Below are positions 60,764 through 64,000 of a DNA stretch of 64,000 nt, in pieces. The DNA comes from Azolla caroliniana (lineage: Eukaryota; Plantae; Polypodiophyta): NCBI GenBank assembly GCA_043228905.1, contig JBHGNT010000022.1, positions 3,286,001-3,350,000 of the forward strand, given 5' to 3'. The notes under the pieces were generated by a model, which was not told the origin of the DNA, searched no databases, and saw only the letters and a list, made by a program, of their open reading frames with translations. The number at the start of each line of letters is the position of its first letter. Position 1 is the first letter of the stretch. The translations under genes and the position numbers were made by a program.

Positions 60764-63700
60764 TGTTGAGCGGCAAGCTCAACTGGGGCCGGATCGGCTG
60801 AATAAGCCTGAGCCGGCAAGCGAGACGGATCGATAAGCCGTGAGCAACCGAGCCGGCAAGCAACAGAGCCGGTGAGCTGGGGAGCCGGTTAGCCGGATCC
60901 AATCGGTAATTGGAAGCCTAGTATTAGTTTAGACTACTAGGCAATTATAGTCTCGTAGTAAGTGTCAGAAGCTCGTGTGAGCATTGAAGTACGCGGTACT
61001 TGTGTCAGTCCCACGAGGACTTGTATAAATAGTGCTACTGAGCATAGTTGTATGTGACAGAGTGTTTTATATATTTTTGAATATAGCTTTGAGGTTCTGC
61101 TCTCTCTGCCTCTCCCGTGTACTCTGTGTATTCCCTAATTTCTCTGTTTTCTAACGCTTCCGCAAGTAATCGTTGACATGGTATCAGAGCGCGAGGGTTG
61201 AGAACCTTTGCAGCCGACAAACGCTTGAAAGCAAACCCTGAACAGGTCGTAAGAACAACAAACAGAGAAGTGATGGATAGAGGGATGGCTAGCTCGCTCC
61301 TTGTGGAGAAACTCGACAGATCCAACTACGCATCTTGGTCGTACAAGATGCACTAGTACCTGCTTGGGCATGGCTACTGGAGCTTCGTCGAAGGAGCCAA
61401 CGAAACAACACCTGATGTGGCACATAAGGATTTCCCAGTGTGGGAACAATCGGCAAGCAGAGTAATGTACTGCTTCGCGTCCAGTGTCGGAGACACAGCT
61501 GCTGAGCCACATCCGAGACGCCAAGACGCCGAAGGAGGCTTGGGGAAACATGAAGAAGGACTTCGCCGCGAGCACCACGTCTCGGAAGCTGCAACTACAA
61601 CAAGAGTTGAGCAATGTCCGACAAAAGGACATGTCGGTAGCGGATTACACGGCCCGGATCAAAGAGATATGCGACTCGCTTGCCTCTATCAACGTTACCG
61701 TAGAGGAAGACGAGATGGTACAGGTCTGTCTTGGGGGCCTGGCGTCTAAGTTCAGAGCGTTCTGAACAGCAGTGTGTACAAGGGAGAATACGTCGTCATT
61801 TTTTGACTTACAGTCGATGCTCCTTGTAAAGGAGAACCACGCCGGTGCGTCAACTAGAGCACCCAATGACAACCGGATGTTGTACACGGAGGCGGATCGG
61901 TCCCGTGGGTGTGGTGGACGAAGCGGGTCCGCACGCAATGGAGGCGGTCGAAAAGAGCAAGAACGAAGGCACAGAGAACGTGCGGACAACAGTTCAGGGA
62001 CTTCCATAGGCAGGGTGAGTCGAGGTGGTGCCGGAGGCCGGCAAGACAAATCCGCAACGAAATGTTGGTACTGTGGCAAGAAGGGCCACAAAGAAAGCGA
62101 GTGCTGGAGAAAGCGCGCCAATTCGGACAAATCTGAATCCGGCAAGGCCGGCAAGGATGGCCGGCAAAGCTCACATTACGCGAAGGGATCGGGAGGATCC
62201 AAGTACGGTAACGGGCCAACCTTGGTGATGAAGCACGAGGCGAACTCAATGAAGAAGACCACTTCCAAAGTGGAGGAAGTGTGGTATGTTGATTCTGGTG
62301 CGTTGAACCACATGACGAACCACAAAGAGTGGTTCTCCTTCTTGGAGAAACCGGATCAACCAGGAGTAGTCGAAACCGGAGAGGATACTCCTCACCCAAT
62401 CGTGCATGTCAGAGAAGTCCCTTTGAGCCACGTCGGACAGAAGGGGAAGCTGATGAATGTATTACACGTTCCAACAATCACGAAGAACCTGGTGTCAGTC
62501 GGACAGATCGTCGACCACAGGATGCAGGTGCGGTTTATGCACCTCGGGTGCGTCATCGAGGAAGAGGGCCAGATTATTGCGCAACGACGCAGAGACGGGA
62601 GGATGTTTATCCTCGACACCAACGACGTCGGCACCGCTATGTTTGCAAAAGGACAGAAGGTCGAATCAGACATCGACCTGTGGCACAAGCGGATAGGCCA
62701 CGTCAATTACTAGAGGCTTCAAGACCTGCAAACGAAAAAAGTTGTTTTCGGTTTGCCGAAGCTCAGCGGCCAGACGGCCCAAGTATGTGAAGCCTGCCAA
62801 CTCGGGAAGCAACACCGGCTTCCATTCCCTACCGAACGTAACCGGAGCCGTAACAAGCTCGACCTAATCCATTCGGATGTGTGGGGACCAACACAGAATG
62901 TTAGTCTTGGCGAGAGTCGATATTTCGTCTCCTTCATCGACGACTATACACAACACACATGGATCTACCTCATTGAGCGGAAGAGTGAAGTCTTCGAGTG
63001 TTTCCAGAGTCTCCAAAGCATGGTGGAACGGGAATCGGAGAGGAAGATCAAATGCTTGCGGTCGGATGGCGGGAAAGAGTACTTTTCCGGCCAATTCAAC
63101 AATTATCTGCAACAAACGGGAATTCGGCGAGAGTTCAGCTGCAGATACACACCACAATAGAACGGTGTTGCCGAGAGGAAGAACCAGTCGCTTATCGATG
63201 CGGCAAGGGCAATGGTGGAGGAAAAGAGCATGCCCAAATTCTACTGGGCGGAGGCAATCGGAACGGCTGTCTACATCCAGAACCGGATCGGTGACAAGGT
63301 GTCAGCTTACGAGCTGTATTTCGGGCGGAAGCCGAATTTGAGACACCTTAAGATCTTTGGTAGCATTGCATATGTGCATGTACCGGATGAGAAGCGGAGG
63401 AAGCTGGATGCAAAATCGGAAAAATGCATCCTAGTCGGCTATGCTCAAGAGCAAAAGGGTTATAAGTGTTATAACCCCCAGACAAGGCAGGTCCGAGTTA
63501 GTCGAGATGTCGAGTTTGATGAATCGGCATTGTGGTACTCCTTACTGACTCTGACTTCCGAATCTAACCTGGTGCCGGAGGATGAGGCTAGTGAGCCCGA
63601 AGCGGCCCAGGTAGAGGATGATGAAGCGTGGACTCAGGATGAGAGTCCGGAATCGTTTCGGCTGAGTGGGCCGAACGAGAGACTGAGTCAATCTGACCAG

Positions 63701-64000
63701 TCCGATCAGGAACCAACGTGTAGTGGAGACTCCGCCGTGCACTCCCCGCGCAAGGAACCGAGGAGATGGTTCACGCGCAAAGAGAAGGGGAAGAAGAAGA
63801 TGTCGGAATTTGAAACCGGCAACGATGAGTTGGATCGGTGTGCATCCGACTCCGGCAAGGACAAAGGTGGATCTTCGGCAACGAAGATCGAACCGGCCAA
63901 GAAAGGCCTTAAACCGGGTAACGGTGAGTTACGCCGGTCCACCTGCCAGAAGGATCCCGTCAAGCGGTACGGGTACAATGAGTACATGGCACATCACTAT
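60764..64000 (+). mobile_element. Ty1/Copia element (5' LTR 60764-61178, degenerate gag-pol), runs off the window
   Basis: TGTTGAG...TTGACA LTR; PBS TGGTATCAGAGC 61179-61190; gag, CWYCGKKGH, WYVDSGA, integrase; stops and frameshifts; proteins related to Copia 1. Confidence 0.95.

Noticed and set aside
59412-60902. 496-aa ORF as an intact protein
   Set aside because: The first ~46 codons come from the antisense Copia LTR; the true transposase 5' end is displaced

Overview
Eukaryotic, intron-rich, microsatellite- and TE-rich land-plant genomic DNA. It is probably from a non-seed plant such as a fern, an inference from gene style, repeat style and the IRG-like gene; no database was searched. 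Host genes: DPH1 (+), a ZNG1/CobW zinc-metallochaperone GTPase (-), a WSS1A-type WLM metalloprotease (-), an immunity-related-GTPase (IRG/IIGP)-like gene (-) and nucleolin (-). The window opens inside a 141-bp tandem repeat of degenerate tRNA-Leu(AAG). Mobile DNA includes a full-length degenerate Copia with a nested solo LTR (1780-7626), a very young intact Copia (45729-51179), a third Copia inserted into a hAT transposase (60764-end), Gypsy, LINE and Copia remnants, an unidentified element with a coiled-coil ORF, and several MITEs. Most notable are the two-exon IRG-like GTPase (a family best known from animals and fungi), a structured candidate poison-splicing element and triplicated donor sites in nucleolin introns, the tRNA-derived tandem array, and a Mutator-like MITE carrying three perfect 53-bp repeats. 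All coordinates and family calls were made by eye.
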